Below are positions 10,115 through 18,468 of a stretch of DNA of 39,156 bases, one piece after another. Each line of letters opens with the position of its first letter. Within the stretch, counting starts at the first letter, position 1. A model generated the notes under the pieces. The model ran no database searches. It saw only the letters and a list, made by a program, of their open reading frames with translations, and was not told where the DNA came from. Both the position numbers and the translations under genes were made by a program. The stretch lies in IMG/VR virus record IMGVR_UViG_2695420487_000015; one strand, written 5' to 3'. This DNA is from a virus. Taxonomy: Duplodnaviria > Heunggongvirae > Uroviricota > Caudoviricetes.

Positions 10115-10722
10115 GCGCTAACTCGCAGGTTATCAATCAGATGAATGGCCGAAGCCGGATAAAACTCACCACCGACGACAATTTCCCCGGCGGCATAGGG
10201 ATAAACGGTTAACAGGTCGCCGTCATAGCAGCTTGCGCCCACATAAGCGCGCCCGGCGGTGCTCAGGCTGATAGCGAGCCCGGTCAGGTGTCGGCTGGCC
10301 GGTTTTGCCCCTTCAATCAGTCGCTCGAGCTCGAGGTACATCTCATCGGTGATGCCTGTCTCGAGTACGCCCACCACAAGTCGGAAAGTTCCGGGCTCTT
10401 CGTTGAGCTCCCACCACTCCTTAACCTCAATCAGATAGCCCAGCGGCTCCACCACGCGCCGTAATGCGGCGATAGTGCCTTTATGGGCATGAACGTAAAA
10501 CGCGGAGGCGATAACGCTGCGTTTTGTCGCCTCCGGCCAGCTCTCATCCCACCGGTCAACCGAAAATGCCCACGCCAGATACGGCAGCAGCCGCACCGGG
10601 CAGGTGCGCCAGTTCCACAACGTGCGAAGCGGTACTGGTACACGCTCAATATCTGCGGCCGCGCGGGCGGCGGCGACCTCCAGCAGCGATGAGCCAACGG
10701 GCAACAGTCGGTTATTACTCAT
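10111..10722 (-). CDS. I: Baseplate assembly protein I
   Basis: Start at the internal ATG 10722 (MSNNRLLPVGSS...), matching the P2 gpI N-terminus and overlapping the J stop; the track's longer ORF is rejected. Confidence 0.85.
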   Translation of the reverse strand: MSNNRLLPVGSSLLEVAAARAAADIERVPVPLRTLWNWRTCPVRLLPYLAWAFSVDRWDESWPEATKRSVIASAFYVHAHKGTIAALRRVVEPLGYLIEVKEWWELNEEPGTFRLVVGVLETGITDEMYLELERLIEGAKPASRHLTGLAISLSTAGRAYVGASCYDGDLLTVYPYAAGEIVVGGEFYPASAIHLIDNLRVSA

Positions 10723-11623
10723 CGGCACCCCCGTCAGCGATGCGGTATTCGGTGCAACAGGATGCCTGGTATTTACTGAGCACAATGTCAGCCAGTGGCG
10801 CGGCCAGCTCGACACGCTGCACACCCTCGACATGCAGGGCGGCATAAATCGCCGACTGACGAATGTCGCGGCCCAGTCGCTGTTGTGCGGTGATATACGC
10901 CTTGAGTTTTTCTTCAGCGGCCTGACGGATGGGCTCGGCTTCCGGCCCCGGATAAAAATAAAGGGTCGCGTCAATCTGGTACGGTACGATTTCAGCGCTC
11001 TGCACCGTCACCCGGTCGCCAACGGGGCGCACCTCTTCAGCGTTCAGCGCTTTTTCCACAACGGCCAGCAGGTCATCGGATGCAGTGCCGTCATCCTCGC
11101 GCGAAAGCACAGTGATGGTCACACAGGCCGGTGACGGGCTGACAACCGAGATATCGGCGACACGGCCGTCGGCGCTGCGACCGTGGTATTCATATGCGCC
11201 GATCGGGCCAGCCACGCTGAGCCCTTCATAAGCCTGTTGTGCACGTAACCGTAAATCGGCATCAGATTCCATGACGGCGGGTGTCGGCGGGATTGTGCTG
11301 TCATCGGCGGGTGTCACAATCTGTCGCGCTGTGTTGTTGTTTCCGGCCATCACATCAAGGTCGTTATTACTCGCATAAGCCAGCGTGCAGCCTTTCGCCG
11401 CATCGTTCACACGCTGACGCCAGATAACCTCCCGATAGGCGTTTTCCTCCAGATACTTCACCAGTGGCTCAGACTCAAGGGCGAGAGTCCGCGCAACAGC
11501 GTCCTGTTGCTCTTCAGGGTAAAGCGAGACCAGCGTCGCTTTGCGTTCCGCGAGAATGGTCTCAAAATCCAGCGTTTCCACGACGTCAGGCGCGGGGAGC
11601 TGGCTCAGATCGATGTTTGCCAT
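10715..11623 (-). CDS. J: Baseplate protein J
   Basis: 302 aa, the same length as P2 gpJ. Confidence 0.85.
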   Translation of the reverse strand: MANIDLSQLPAPDVVETLDFETILAERKATLVSLYPEEQQDAVARTLALESEPLVKYLEENAYREVIWRQRVNDAAKGCTLAYASNNDLDVMAGNNNTARQIVTPADDSTIPPTPAVMESDADLRLRAQQAYEGLSVAGPIGAYEYHGRSADGRVADISVVSPSPACVTITVLSREDDGTASDDLLAVVEKALNAEEVRPVGDRVTVQSAEIVPYQIDATLYFYPGPEAEPIRQAAEEKLKAYITAQQRLGRDIRQSAIYAALHVEGVQRVELAAPLADIVLSKYQASCCTEYRIADGGADE

Positions 11624-11627
11624 AAAT

Positions 11628-11975
11628 TCAACTCACAGGAATAGTCAGTGACAGGGTTTTGCCGGTGTCCCGGGCCTCGCCGGTCAGCTCAACAATCATC
11701 TGACCGTTAAACTGACGCTCGACCGTCAGCGAGCTGATGCTGATGCGCGGCTCCCACTTCAGCAGCGCCATATAACAGGCGCACATAATTTGCAGCCTCA
11801 GCGCGTCGGTCTGCGGCATATCAATCAGGGAGAACAGTAGCGAGCCATAATCGCGGCGCATCACGCGAGATCCAACCGGCGTTCGCAAAATATCGCCACA
11901 GCTCTGACGGATGTGATCGGCGTCAGTGATAGCTCGCCCTGTCTCGCGATTCATGCCGATATATCGGGTTGTCAT
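11628..11975 (-). CDS. W: Baseplate protein W
   Basis: 115 aa, the same length as P2 gpW. Confidence 0.85.
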   Translation of the reverse strand: MTTRYIGMNRETGRAITDADHIRQSCGDILRTPVGSRVMRRDYGSLLFSLIDMPQTDALRLQIMCACYMALLKWEPRISISSLTVERQFNGQMIVELTGEARDTGKTLSLTIPVS

Positions 11976-12613
11976 TTCGTCCCCTCCGTCCAGGCTCCAC
12001 CTCTTTGCACACCGCCGTGACCGTGGTCATCCACCACCACGCCATTTGATGAGAGTTTGCCGCCGGTGTGCTCGATATCGCCGCTCATCTTCCCGCCTTT
12101 GGTGACCTCGAGCGTGGCGGTCGTCAGTTTGTTGGTGCAGACAACTTCCGGGGTATCAAGGGTGATGCGGGTCTCGGCTTTCACCGTCACCAGCGGTACC
12201 GTCGCGATGATGGAATCCGACGCCGTAACGTCTGCGGTTTTAATACCGCTCACGGTCAGCGCGCTGGTCTCCGGCTCGTACTCGATAACAGCCCCGTCAG
12301 GAAAGGTGATGTGAAAAGCATCAGCCGACACCGACGGCGCGGGGTGTTCATCCGAAAAAATGCCGGGTAGCACAAAAGCCGTGTCCAGCTCACCACCGAC
12401 GGCCAGCAGTAAAACCTGCTCACCCACAGACGGAGCCCACCAGACACGTGAGCGACCGGCGCGCGCAGTCAGCCACTGAAGCCAGTCGGTAACAATGCCG
12501 CCAGTCTGGACGCGACAGCGCCCGTCATCGAGGCCAACCTCGACAATAACGCCGGTTCGGATCAGATTGCGAAGGAGGCGCTGAATGTCCTGAAGAGTGG
12601 ATTGTGTTTTCAT
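11972..12613 (-). CDS. V: Baseplate spike protein V
   Basis: 213 aa, ...GRCRVQTGG..DWLQWLT..AG.SR.WWAPSVGEQVL motif shared with P2 gpV. Confidence 0.85.
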   Translation of the reverse strand: MKTQSTLQDIQRLLRNLIRTGVIVEVGLDDGRCRVQTGGIVTDWLQWLTARAGRSRVWWAPSVGEQVLLLAVGGELDTAFVLPGIFSDEHPAPSVSADAFHITFPDGAVIEYEPETSALTVSGIKTADVTASDSIIATVPLVTVKAETRITLDTPEVVCTNKLTTATLEVTKGGKMSGDIEHTGGKLSSNGVVVDDHGHGGVQRGGAWTEGTK

Positions 12614-12660
12614 GCTGGGAAGGATGAAGGAAAAACACCTTCAATGTAATTGAGCGGTGT

Positions 12661-12678
12661 TGTATGCTTTTTAGTACA
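12661..12678. promoter_or_regulatory. TGT-N12-ACA dyad, candidate Ogr-type activator site in the divergent V / cargo-gene intergenic region
   Basis: Exact TGTatgctttttagtACA read in sequence; P2-family late promoters use this dyad (recollection). No equivalent exact dyad was found in the P-O or G-FI intergenic regions, so chance occurrence is possible. Confidence 0.3.
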
Positions 12679-12698
12679 ACTTCAAGAGGATAACCAAA

Positions 12699-13412
12699 TT
12701 GGATAACAAGGAATATCAGAGGCACTTTGGAATAATAACTGATGAATTACAAAAGCCTTCCGATAAACATTTGAGAGCATTTACGCAGGTTGCTGACATT
12801 AGAAAGTTTGAAATTGAGATGTATTGGAAAAGAGCTACGTATTTCTGGACCATTATTGCTATTACTTTTACTGGTTATTTTGCTTTAGCCTCCGCAAATA
12901 GCTTTCCGTTCAAAAATGCATTTTCTCTTTTGCTTTCCAGTATGGGATCCGTTTTTACTCTTTCATGGTTTTTGGTAAACAGAGGTAGCAAATACTGGCA
13001 GGAAAACTGGGAAAATCACTTAGACCTGATGGAAAACGGCATAACTGGGCCGCTCTATAAAACTGTACTCTCACGACCGTCAGTCGAAGCCAAAAAAAAC
13101 GCACCTCAACTTGCGAGTACTGATAAAGATTTTATCGACAAACATATCACCGGCCCCAAAAAAATATCAGCATCCAAAATTAACCAATTAGTTGCATTTT
13201 ACTTGCTTGGCATATGGTTAATATTAGTAATGACAACAATTACTAACATCTTAAAACTATCATTCTGGAGTGAATCCACGATAGAAGTAGTGTTGAGCGT
13301 GGGAGTTTTAATTTGGTCAGCAATAGCCACTAGTTTAATGTTTTGTAAGTCAGCCACCTATACAGGAATACAGACTTCAGAGGCAAGAAAACGCTCTTCG
13401 AATTTGTTATAA
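12699..13412 (+). CDS. Cargo gene: predicted four-helix membrane protein of unknown function
   Basis: AT-rich ORF with four hydrophobic segments. Track start is a TTG at 12699 preceded by AAGAGGA; the first ATG is at 12819. Lies between tail genes V and S. Confidence 0.6.
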   Translation: MDNKEYQRHFGIITDELQKPSDKHLRAFTQVADIRKFEIEMYWKRATYFWTIIAITFTGYFALASANSFPFKNAFSLLLSSMGSVFTLSWFLVNRGSKYWQENWENHLDLMENGITGPLYKTVLSRPSVEAKKNAPQLASTDKDFIDKHITGPKKISASKINQLVAFYLLGIWLILVMTTITNILKLSFWSESTIEVVLSVGVLIWSAIATSLMFCKSATYTGIQTSEARKRSSNLL

Positions 13413-13680
13413 CGTTGGTGATACACTAATAAATTCATTTAAAGCCCTCAGTTTTGGGGGCATGTAATCTCTACTTTCTCACGGAAAGAGAGTCCAGGAT
13501 GTACACCAGCGCTTGACGCGGAAAGCTAGTCACTGGTGGCAATACTGCGGGTGCGACATAGACTACGCAGGAAGCGCACAATATCCGGAAAGTAGGTTGT
13601 GTTTTCGTGTGGGAAAGGATGCCGCCTTAGAAGATCGGCGGCAATAGAGGTATGCAGTTCTATCTCTGGTAAAATTTTGT

Positions 13681-14757
13681 TTATTTTCGTTTGCCATAAG
13701 ACTGGGTTAGAATCGGAGTAATATCCTTAGTAAAGATATCTAGTCTTTCTTTTTCGGCTGAGAAAACATACTGTCTGGCTTGAATTACATTTTGCCTACT
13801 AATTAAGTTTGACACCTTTTCTGGTTTGCTTAGTGCAACTTTGGCACCCTTGAATATCAACGCTAAGCCCGGTGATATTGTAAAAATACATCCATTATCA
13901 AATGAAAAATCATTTTTTAAGAAAATAAAAGGAAAATCACTTGAAACAATGGCATATCCCTTAGGTGCTGAGTACAAATATACCCTACAACTACTCTCAT
14001 TGGTGATTGAGGAAAAAGGTAACGCCATAAATCTATGCATCTTTCTAAGTAAGTAAAACATTTCCCTCCGCTGTCCGCTGTCCGCATTAACTAGATACGT
14101 TCCTCCCTCCTTTAGTATAGATAACAAAGACCTCCATTCAGAACGTGGGATTATGCTCGCACCAGAAGGAATGAGATCCTTATTAGTATTCAGTACTTTC
14201 TTGATGGTGGTGTTTATATTTTTTAATTTTGGCATGGAGCCTTTATCAAAAAAATCATCCATACCTTTGTTTCTATAACATAAAAAACGGGCCATGAAAA
14301 TTGCCATGTTTTTTAAATCGTTGAAATCAATCTCATGCAAACCACTACATACTATCGAACGTGCGAATTTTTTTTCCGAAAGCTTGCCAAGCAACCAGTG
14401 TCTACGCACGAAATAATGACTACCTGAAGCATTTTTAAAATGCTCCTTTAATTTATAAAATTGCCACATTGCGTCTACAAAATCAGGGTAACAATCCTCT
14501 AGTATTTTAAAACTGTCCTCAATAAAGTTATCTCTATCCCCATCAATATAAAGAGTATGCCTTCGCTCTTGACCACAAATTTTTGTGGCATTAAGAAAAG
14601 TAATCCTTTCTTTTATTTGCTTTTTGGTGGCATCTGTTTTCACAAAACCATAAACAGTATCTTTCCCAGTCTTTGGGTCTTCAGATGTTATTTTAAAATG
14701 CCTGATATAAGTTGCAGGCAGATAATGCTGATAGTTTTGAAAAGTTCCCTTTGACAT
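13681..14757 (-). CDS. Cargo gene: DUF4238-like protein, candidate single-gene anti-phage defense protein
   Basis: AT-rich, 358 aa from the ATG at 14757, preceded by GGAGG and only 13 nt after the S stop. N-terminal HYLPATYIRHF resembles the DUF4238 signature as I recall it. Confidence 0.6.
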   Translation of the reverse strand: MSKGTFQNYQHYLPATYIRHFKITSEDPKTGKDTVYGFVKTDATKKQIKERITFLNATKICGQERRHTLYIDGDRDNFIEDSFKILEDCYPDFVDAMWQFYKLKEHFKNASGSHYFVRRHWLLGKLSEKKFARSIVCSGLHEIDFNDLKNMAIFMARFLCYRNKGMDDFFDKGSMPKLKNINTTIKKVLNTNKDLIPSGASIIPRSEWRSLLSILKEGGTYLVNADSGQRREMFYLLRKMHRFMALPFSSITNESSCRVYLYSAPKGYAIVSSDFPFIFLKNDFSFDNGCIFTISPGLALIFKGAKVALSKPEKVSNLISRQNVIQARQYVFSAEKERLDIFTKDITPILTQSYGKRK

Positions 14758-14770
14758 AGTAACCTCCAAT

Positions 14771-15223
14771 TTACCAAGTCATAATTTTTTTAATGATAAT
14801 ATATTCAACCTCTTCAGTTAAATCATTATTGAAACCAATGAGTGGTCGAGTGGGGTATTCAATCCGTCTGCTGTTAATGTTTGGGGCATCCTTTAACCCG
14901 TACTGATGCACCTTAGCCATACGCTGTACCTTGCCGGTAAATTCCACGACCGCCGCGTTATTCCCCGCCGTGGCTTTCATAAAGCGACTGGTACGGAGTT
15001 TGGCGAACATTTCCCGCTTAACCCGGCCTTTTTTGGCTTTTACCGGCTGGCGTTTTCGGGCGGCGTAAGGTGTCCCGTCCGGGGCTTTCTGCGTTTTAAT
15101 CCGGCGCTGTTGACGGGCTCGCAGGGTCTTCGCGATATCTGCGGCCATTCTGCGACGGGCGGCAGGTGACAGCGCCGCTATCAGCCCCGCGAGCTTATCG
15201 TCAAAGGGTTTAAAGTCATTCAT
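14771..15223 (-). CDS. S: Tail completion protein S
   Basis: 150 aa; position and size as in P2. Confidence 0.8.
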   Translation of the reverse strand: MNDFKPFDDKLAGLIAALSPAARRRMAADIAKTLRARQQRRIKTQKAPDGTPYAARKRQPVKAKKGRVKREMFAKLRTSRFMKATAGNNAAVVEFTGKVQRMAKVHQYGLKDAPNINSRRIEYPTRPLIGFNNDLTEEVEYIIIKKIMTW

Positions 15224-15683
15224 GCAATCGACTCACAAGCTCACCGTTAACATACAGCTCAACCGGTCGGGTAACGGGTTCCGGCGGCTGCGGCTCTTCT
15301 GCCTGTTCGACGTGGAGCTTATCCCCTGACTCTTTAACGATGGTGCGCTCGGTCAGCATCAGGCTGATACTGACATCAACGCTGTCGTTGTCGTTGATAT
15401 CGGCAAAATAGGTGAATCCCTTTTTACGCCCTTCATCGGTCGTCATAATGTCAGCCTGATGGATGCGCAGCCACGCCTGAATCGGAACAAGTAACAGCTC
15501 GATATCATCCGTGAAATCGGTCACCACCACATTCAGCGTGTACCGGTTCTCAAACGACAGCGACGTCGCCAGCGTCGAGGCCAGATTCCCGTTGTCGATA
15601 AAGACACGCATCATATCGGGGTTTCGCGCCAGCACCGGCACGGCGTCAGTTAAGGCTTTTCGCAGACTCTTCGGCTTGTACAT
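15216..15683 (-). CDS. R: Tail completion protein R
   Basis: 155 aa; position and size as in P2. Confidence 0.8.
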   Translation of the reverse strand: MYKPKSLRKALTDAVPVLARNPDMMRVFIDNGNLASTLATSLSFENRYTLNVVVTDFTDDIELLLVPIQAWLRIHQADIMTTDEGRKKGFTYFADINDNDSVDVSISLMLTERTIVKESGDKLHVEQAEEPQPPEPVTRPVELYVNGELVSRLHE

Positions 15684-15936
15684 CGATTTTATCCTGGCAA
15701 TTTTTTATTGTTCTGACCTGAAGCGCACAGCGCTCGAGGGCGCTTTCGAGCTGACGTATATCCGCGCTCAGGTCACCATTGGTGGACGGATCACTTCCCG
15801 GCATCGGGCAAAGACTGACCCTCGGGCATGCGTTGTAAACAATCACCGGCGTCGGCACAGGTGGCGCGCTGGTGCAACCGACGCACAGCATCAGGTAAAT
15901 CAGCGCTATACCAGCGGCGAAGCTGTTCATTTTCAT
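15646..15936 (-). CDS. lysC: Outer-membrane lipoprotein spanin (Rz1-like), starting inside lysB in another frame
   Basis: Start at ATG 15936 (MKMNSFAAGIALIYLMLCVGC) with a GAGGT RBS; signal peptide with lipobox-like LCVGC and a proline-rich stretch. Confidence 0.6.
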   Translation of the reverse strand: MKMNSFAAGIALIYLMLCVGCTSAPPVPTPVIVYNACPRVSLCPMPGSDPSTNGDLSADIRQLESALERCALQVRTIKNCQDKIDVQAEESAKSLN

Positions 15937-16204
15937 TGAGTAACCTCGTAATGGTCTGTTCCCGGCGTTGCGCCCGCGCTCCGGCATCGATGAGCTCACC
16001 GCGCAGTAAGACCTGAGCAGTCTCATTTTCCCCACGGATACGGGAGGCCGTTTTAAGCTGGCTTTTCAGCATGGTAATCACCGTTTTTTGTTCACCGGCG
16101 ACCTTGTTCGCCCGCTCAAAGGAGCGGGTCAGACTGGTGTTTTCGTGGCGCATCCAGAGCAGCCCGACCACCGCCAGCACTAACAGCACGATCATCGTTT
16201 TCAT
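15791..16204 (-). CDS. lysB: Inner-membrane spanin (Rz-like)
   Basis: 137 aa with an N-terminal TM helix and charged coiled-coil region; ATG overlaps the endolysin stop. Confidence 0.7.
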   Translation of the reverse strand: MKTMIVLLVLAVVGLLWMRHENTSLTRSFERANKVAGEQKTVITMLKSQLKTASRIRGENETAQVLLRGELIDAGARAQRREQTITRLLNENEQLRRWYSADLPDAVRRLHQRATCADAGDCLQRMPEGQSLPDAGK

Positions 16205-16710
16205 TTCGCCCCCTTCAGGCAGTAGGTGCGCTCGCGAAAGCGGCGATTTTCGAGCCCGGTATTACGCTCACCATTCACAAACACCCAGCGGGTGAGCTGG
16301 TCACAGGCTTGCCACCATTGCCGGTGCTTCAGGTGATACACCAGCGTCGAGCGACAGGCCGCGCCGGTGCCGACGTTAAAAGCGAAGCTGACCAGCGCGT
16401 CATAGACGGCGGGTGGCATTTCAACAGGCACACAGACCGCGAGTCGTTTCTCGACGTTCAGCACATCAGCGACCAGATTCGCGGCGGCTTCTTTCTCGGT
16501 GATATCCCGTTTTGGTACCACCCCGGCAGTGTGGCCGATGCCTGACGTCCACACGCCCGCGCTGCACTGGTAAGGGCGCAACCGGCACCCCTCGAGGTCG
16601 GCAATCAGCGCGAGCCCCTCCGGCGAGGTGTGAAGCAAACGAAAATCAGGCACCAGTGCCGCCAGCGCCAGCACGACGGCCACACTGCAACGTTTAACGA
16701 ATGAGCCCAC
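16201..16710 (-). CDS. Endolysin, lysozyme-like with an N-terminal signal-anchor-release (SAR) type hydrophobic segment
   Basis: Catalytic region resembles phage 21 / P1 SAR lysozymes. There is no in-frame ATG; the proposed start is the GTG at 16710, preceded by AAGGGGG. The track's longer ORF would overlap the holin by about 120 nt. Confidence 0.65.
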   Translation of the reverse strand: MGSFVKRCSVAVVLALAALVPDFRLLHTSPEGLALIADLEGCRLRPYQCSAGVWTSGIGHTAGVVPKRDITEKEAAANLVADVLNVEKRLAVCVPVEMPPAVYDALVSFAFNVGTGAACRSTLVYHLKHRQWWQACDQLTRWVFVNGERNTGLENRRFRERTYCLKGAK

Positions 16711-16915
16711 GAATAACCCCCTTATCAATCCCCATCGAGACGAGATAGCGGTATTTCTTTCGCTGGTACCAGAAGTTAACCAGCGCGGTAAAAATGGCGC
16801 AGCTTCCCCCGACATAAAGCGCGAGCCGTTCCGGTGTCTGCGTACCGAAATACGCCAGCACCACTGACAGCCAGTAGGTCAGAAAGGTTGTGATTTTATC
16901 CACAGTCAGTCCCAT
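16694..16915 (-). CDS. Holin
   Basis: 73 aa, two hydrophobic helices and a basic C-terminus, immediately upstream of the endolysin. Confidence 0.7.
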   Translation of the reverse strand: MGLTVDKITTFLTYWLSVVLAYFGTQTPERLALYVGGSCAIFTALVNFWYQRKKYRYLVSMGIDKGVIRGLIR

Positions 16916-17109
16916 AAATTCACGGTCTCCGATACCGGTGCGGCGTCGACTTCAGGCAGACTGACCGCCGTGCCATGTGGCAGGACGACACCCAGCTCAG
17001 CGAGCCCCGGATTAGCCAGCAATACAGCCTCGACCACACCTTCAGTACGCCCGTAATGGCGCTGACATAACGTGTCGAGCGTGTCGCCCTGATGCGCGAT
17101 GACGTTCAT
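16906..17109 (-). CDS. X: Tail protein X
   Basis: 67 aa, ...QGDTLD..C.RYYGRTEGVVE.VL.ANPGLAELG..LPHGTAV.LP, close to P2 gpX. Confidence 0.85.
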   Translation of the reverse strand: MNVIAHQGDTLDTLCQRHYGRTEGVVEAVLLANPGLAELGVVLPHGTAVSLPEVDAAPVSETVNLWD

Positions 17110-17609
17110 CAGATTTGCCCCACGATGCAGCGCGCTTTGTCCTGGATACGGGCAACCGACCAGCGCATGTCACGCCACATTTCATCGATGGTGTCATCGA
17201 TGCTGTCGGCCTTTTTGTCACCTTTGGCGCTGGCATCAACACCCCGGTAACGCTCGTACAGCATCGCGGTCGTCATCGAGCAAACAGCATTGAAGTAGTG
17301 AAAAACCCGCACACTTTCGCCGTCGAGCTCATCCGTCGGCACATCCTCGAGGCGCTGATAACCGGCGGCGAGCTGAAGGTCGCGCCAGTCGGTTAACTCG
17401 GCGTTAGTCTCGGCCATCGCGGTTTTAATCGCCCGGCGCAGACGCACCGGCGTCACTGTCTGCTCGAGGCGCATTTCTTCGCGCATACGCTTCGGATCAA
17501 CATCCGGGAAAAAGGCCGTGTTTTTAATCACCGGCTCGTCGACCGGCACCGGCGGGATGACCATCGGGTCGCGCTGTTGCGCCGGGTTATTCATCACAAT
17601 CATGGTCAT
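17109..17609 (-). CDS. L: Head completion protein L
   Basis: 166 aa; position between M and X as in P2. Confidence 0.8.
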   Translation of the reverse strand: MTMIVMNNPAQQRDPMVIPPVPVDEPVIKNTAFFPDVDPKRMREEMRLEQTVTPVRLRRAIKTAMAETNAELTDWRDLQLAAGYQRLEDVPTDELDGESVRVFHYFNAVCSMTTAMLYERYRGVDASAKGDKKADSIDDTIDEMWRDMRWSVARIQDKARCIVGQI

Positions 17610-17706
17610 GAGTACCTCAGTAAATAGGTGGGCGGTGGACGCCGGTCGCAGTTAGGGTGAATCACCGACATTGACCAGCGTGCCGCCCGGCGCGGGGCGC
17701 GTTCTG

Positions 17707-18465
17707 TTAACCGGCGACTTTCTTCGGGCGTCCGCGCCCCCGTTTCACCGGTGAATCTTGTTTTTTCGCGGGTGCCTTTTTCGCGGCTTTCGGCGCTGTT
17801 TTTTTGACGGCGACCGGTTTCGGGTTCAGCTCACGAGTGAGGGTCTCAATGTCTTTTCTTACCCCGGCGTTGGTGTCGAGCTGTAAGGCGCGTTGCAGGT
17901 GAGAAAGCGCATTCTCAGGCTGACCGGCATCACGCAGGGTCAGACCGGTGACCTTATGCAGCCGGGCGCGTACTTCGTCAGGCATATCGGCCTCAGCAGT
18001 CAGCCCGATGACGTAAAGGAGTTGCTCAGCGTCGACCGGCTCCCCGGCAATTCGGGCGCGGGTTGCCGCGAGTGCGACCTCTTCGGCCAGCATGTAAGGT
18101 GTGGTGCGGGAATGATATTCCGGCATCGACAGGCCGAAACGCAGCGCATAGCGCGCAATCTCAATCGCGCCGGTGATATCCCCCGCATCAAGACGCCAGA
18201 GCATCACCGTCATCAGAATGTCATCCTGTGCGCCGGTGCCGCTTTCCAGTACGCCAGCGACCCACGGCAGGTACAGCGGGAGTAATTCGCGTTTTTTATC
18301 CGCTTTGCGTTCTTTAGAACGAATTGCTGATAGCGTCCGGCGGTCTGCGGCCAGCTTGACGAGCATTTGCTCGTAAGGTGAGGCATGACGCAGCGGGGCG
18401 TTATCCCGCTGCGATGCCCTGATAGCCGAGACCCGCATCGCGTGACGCTGTGCGGGGGTTGCCAT
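17707..18465 (-). CDS. M: Terminase small (endonuclease) subunit M
   Basis: 252 aa; position after N as in P2. Confidence 0.8.
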   Translation of the reverse strand: MATPAQRHAMRVSAIRASQRDNAPLRHASPYEQMLVKLAADRRTLSAIRSKERKADKKRELLPLYLPWVAGVLESGTGAQDDILMTVMLWRLDAGDITGAIEIARYALRFGLSMPEYHSRTTPYMLAEEVALAATRARIAGEPVDAEQLLYVIGLTAEADMPDEVRARLHKVTGLTLRDAGQPENALSHLQRALQLDTNAGVRKDIETLTRELNPKPVAVKKTAPKAAKKAPAKKQDSPVKRGRGRPKKVAG

Positions 18466-18468
18466 CGG

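Noticed and set aside
10111-10974. Track's long 287-aa form of gene I, 204-aa form of the endolysin (16201..16815), 824-aa form of T (to 6235), 498-aa form of the int-proximal cargo gene (to 33317), 97-aa ORF 25464..25757 and MEVTM start of the DUF4238-like gene
   Set aside because: The long forms begin at non-ATG codons or overlap the upstream gene extensively. Internal starts with Shine-Dalgarno motifs and overlaps of the ATGA/TAATG type fit the P2 gene pattern better.
2194-12370. Many plus-strand ORFs of 60-185 aa in the track lying antisense to the tail genes (for example 2744..3301, 4350..4709, 6276..6746, 10604..11134, 12068..12370)
   Set aside because: They overlap well-supported minus-strand phage genes, have Arg/Ser/Ala/Pro-rich composition typical of shadow ORFs in GC-rich DNA, and lack convincing ribosome-binding sites.
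13621-13642. Hairpin in the cargo-island spacer considered as a bidirectional terminator
   Set aside because: 10-nt loop and no flanking T-run on either strand; kept only as part of the spacer observation.
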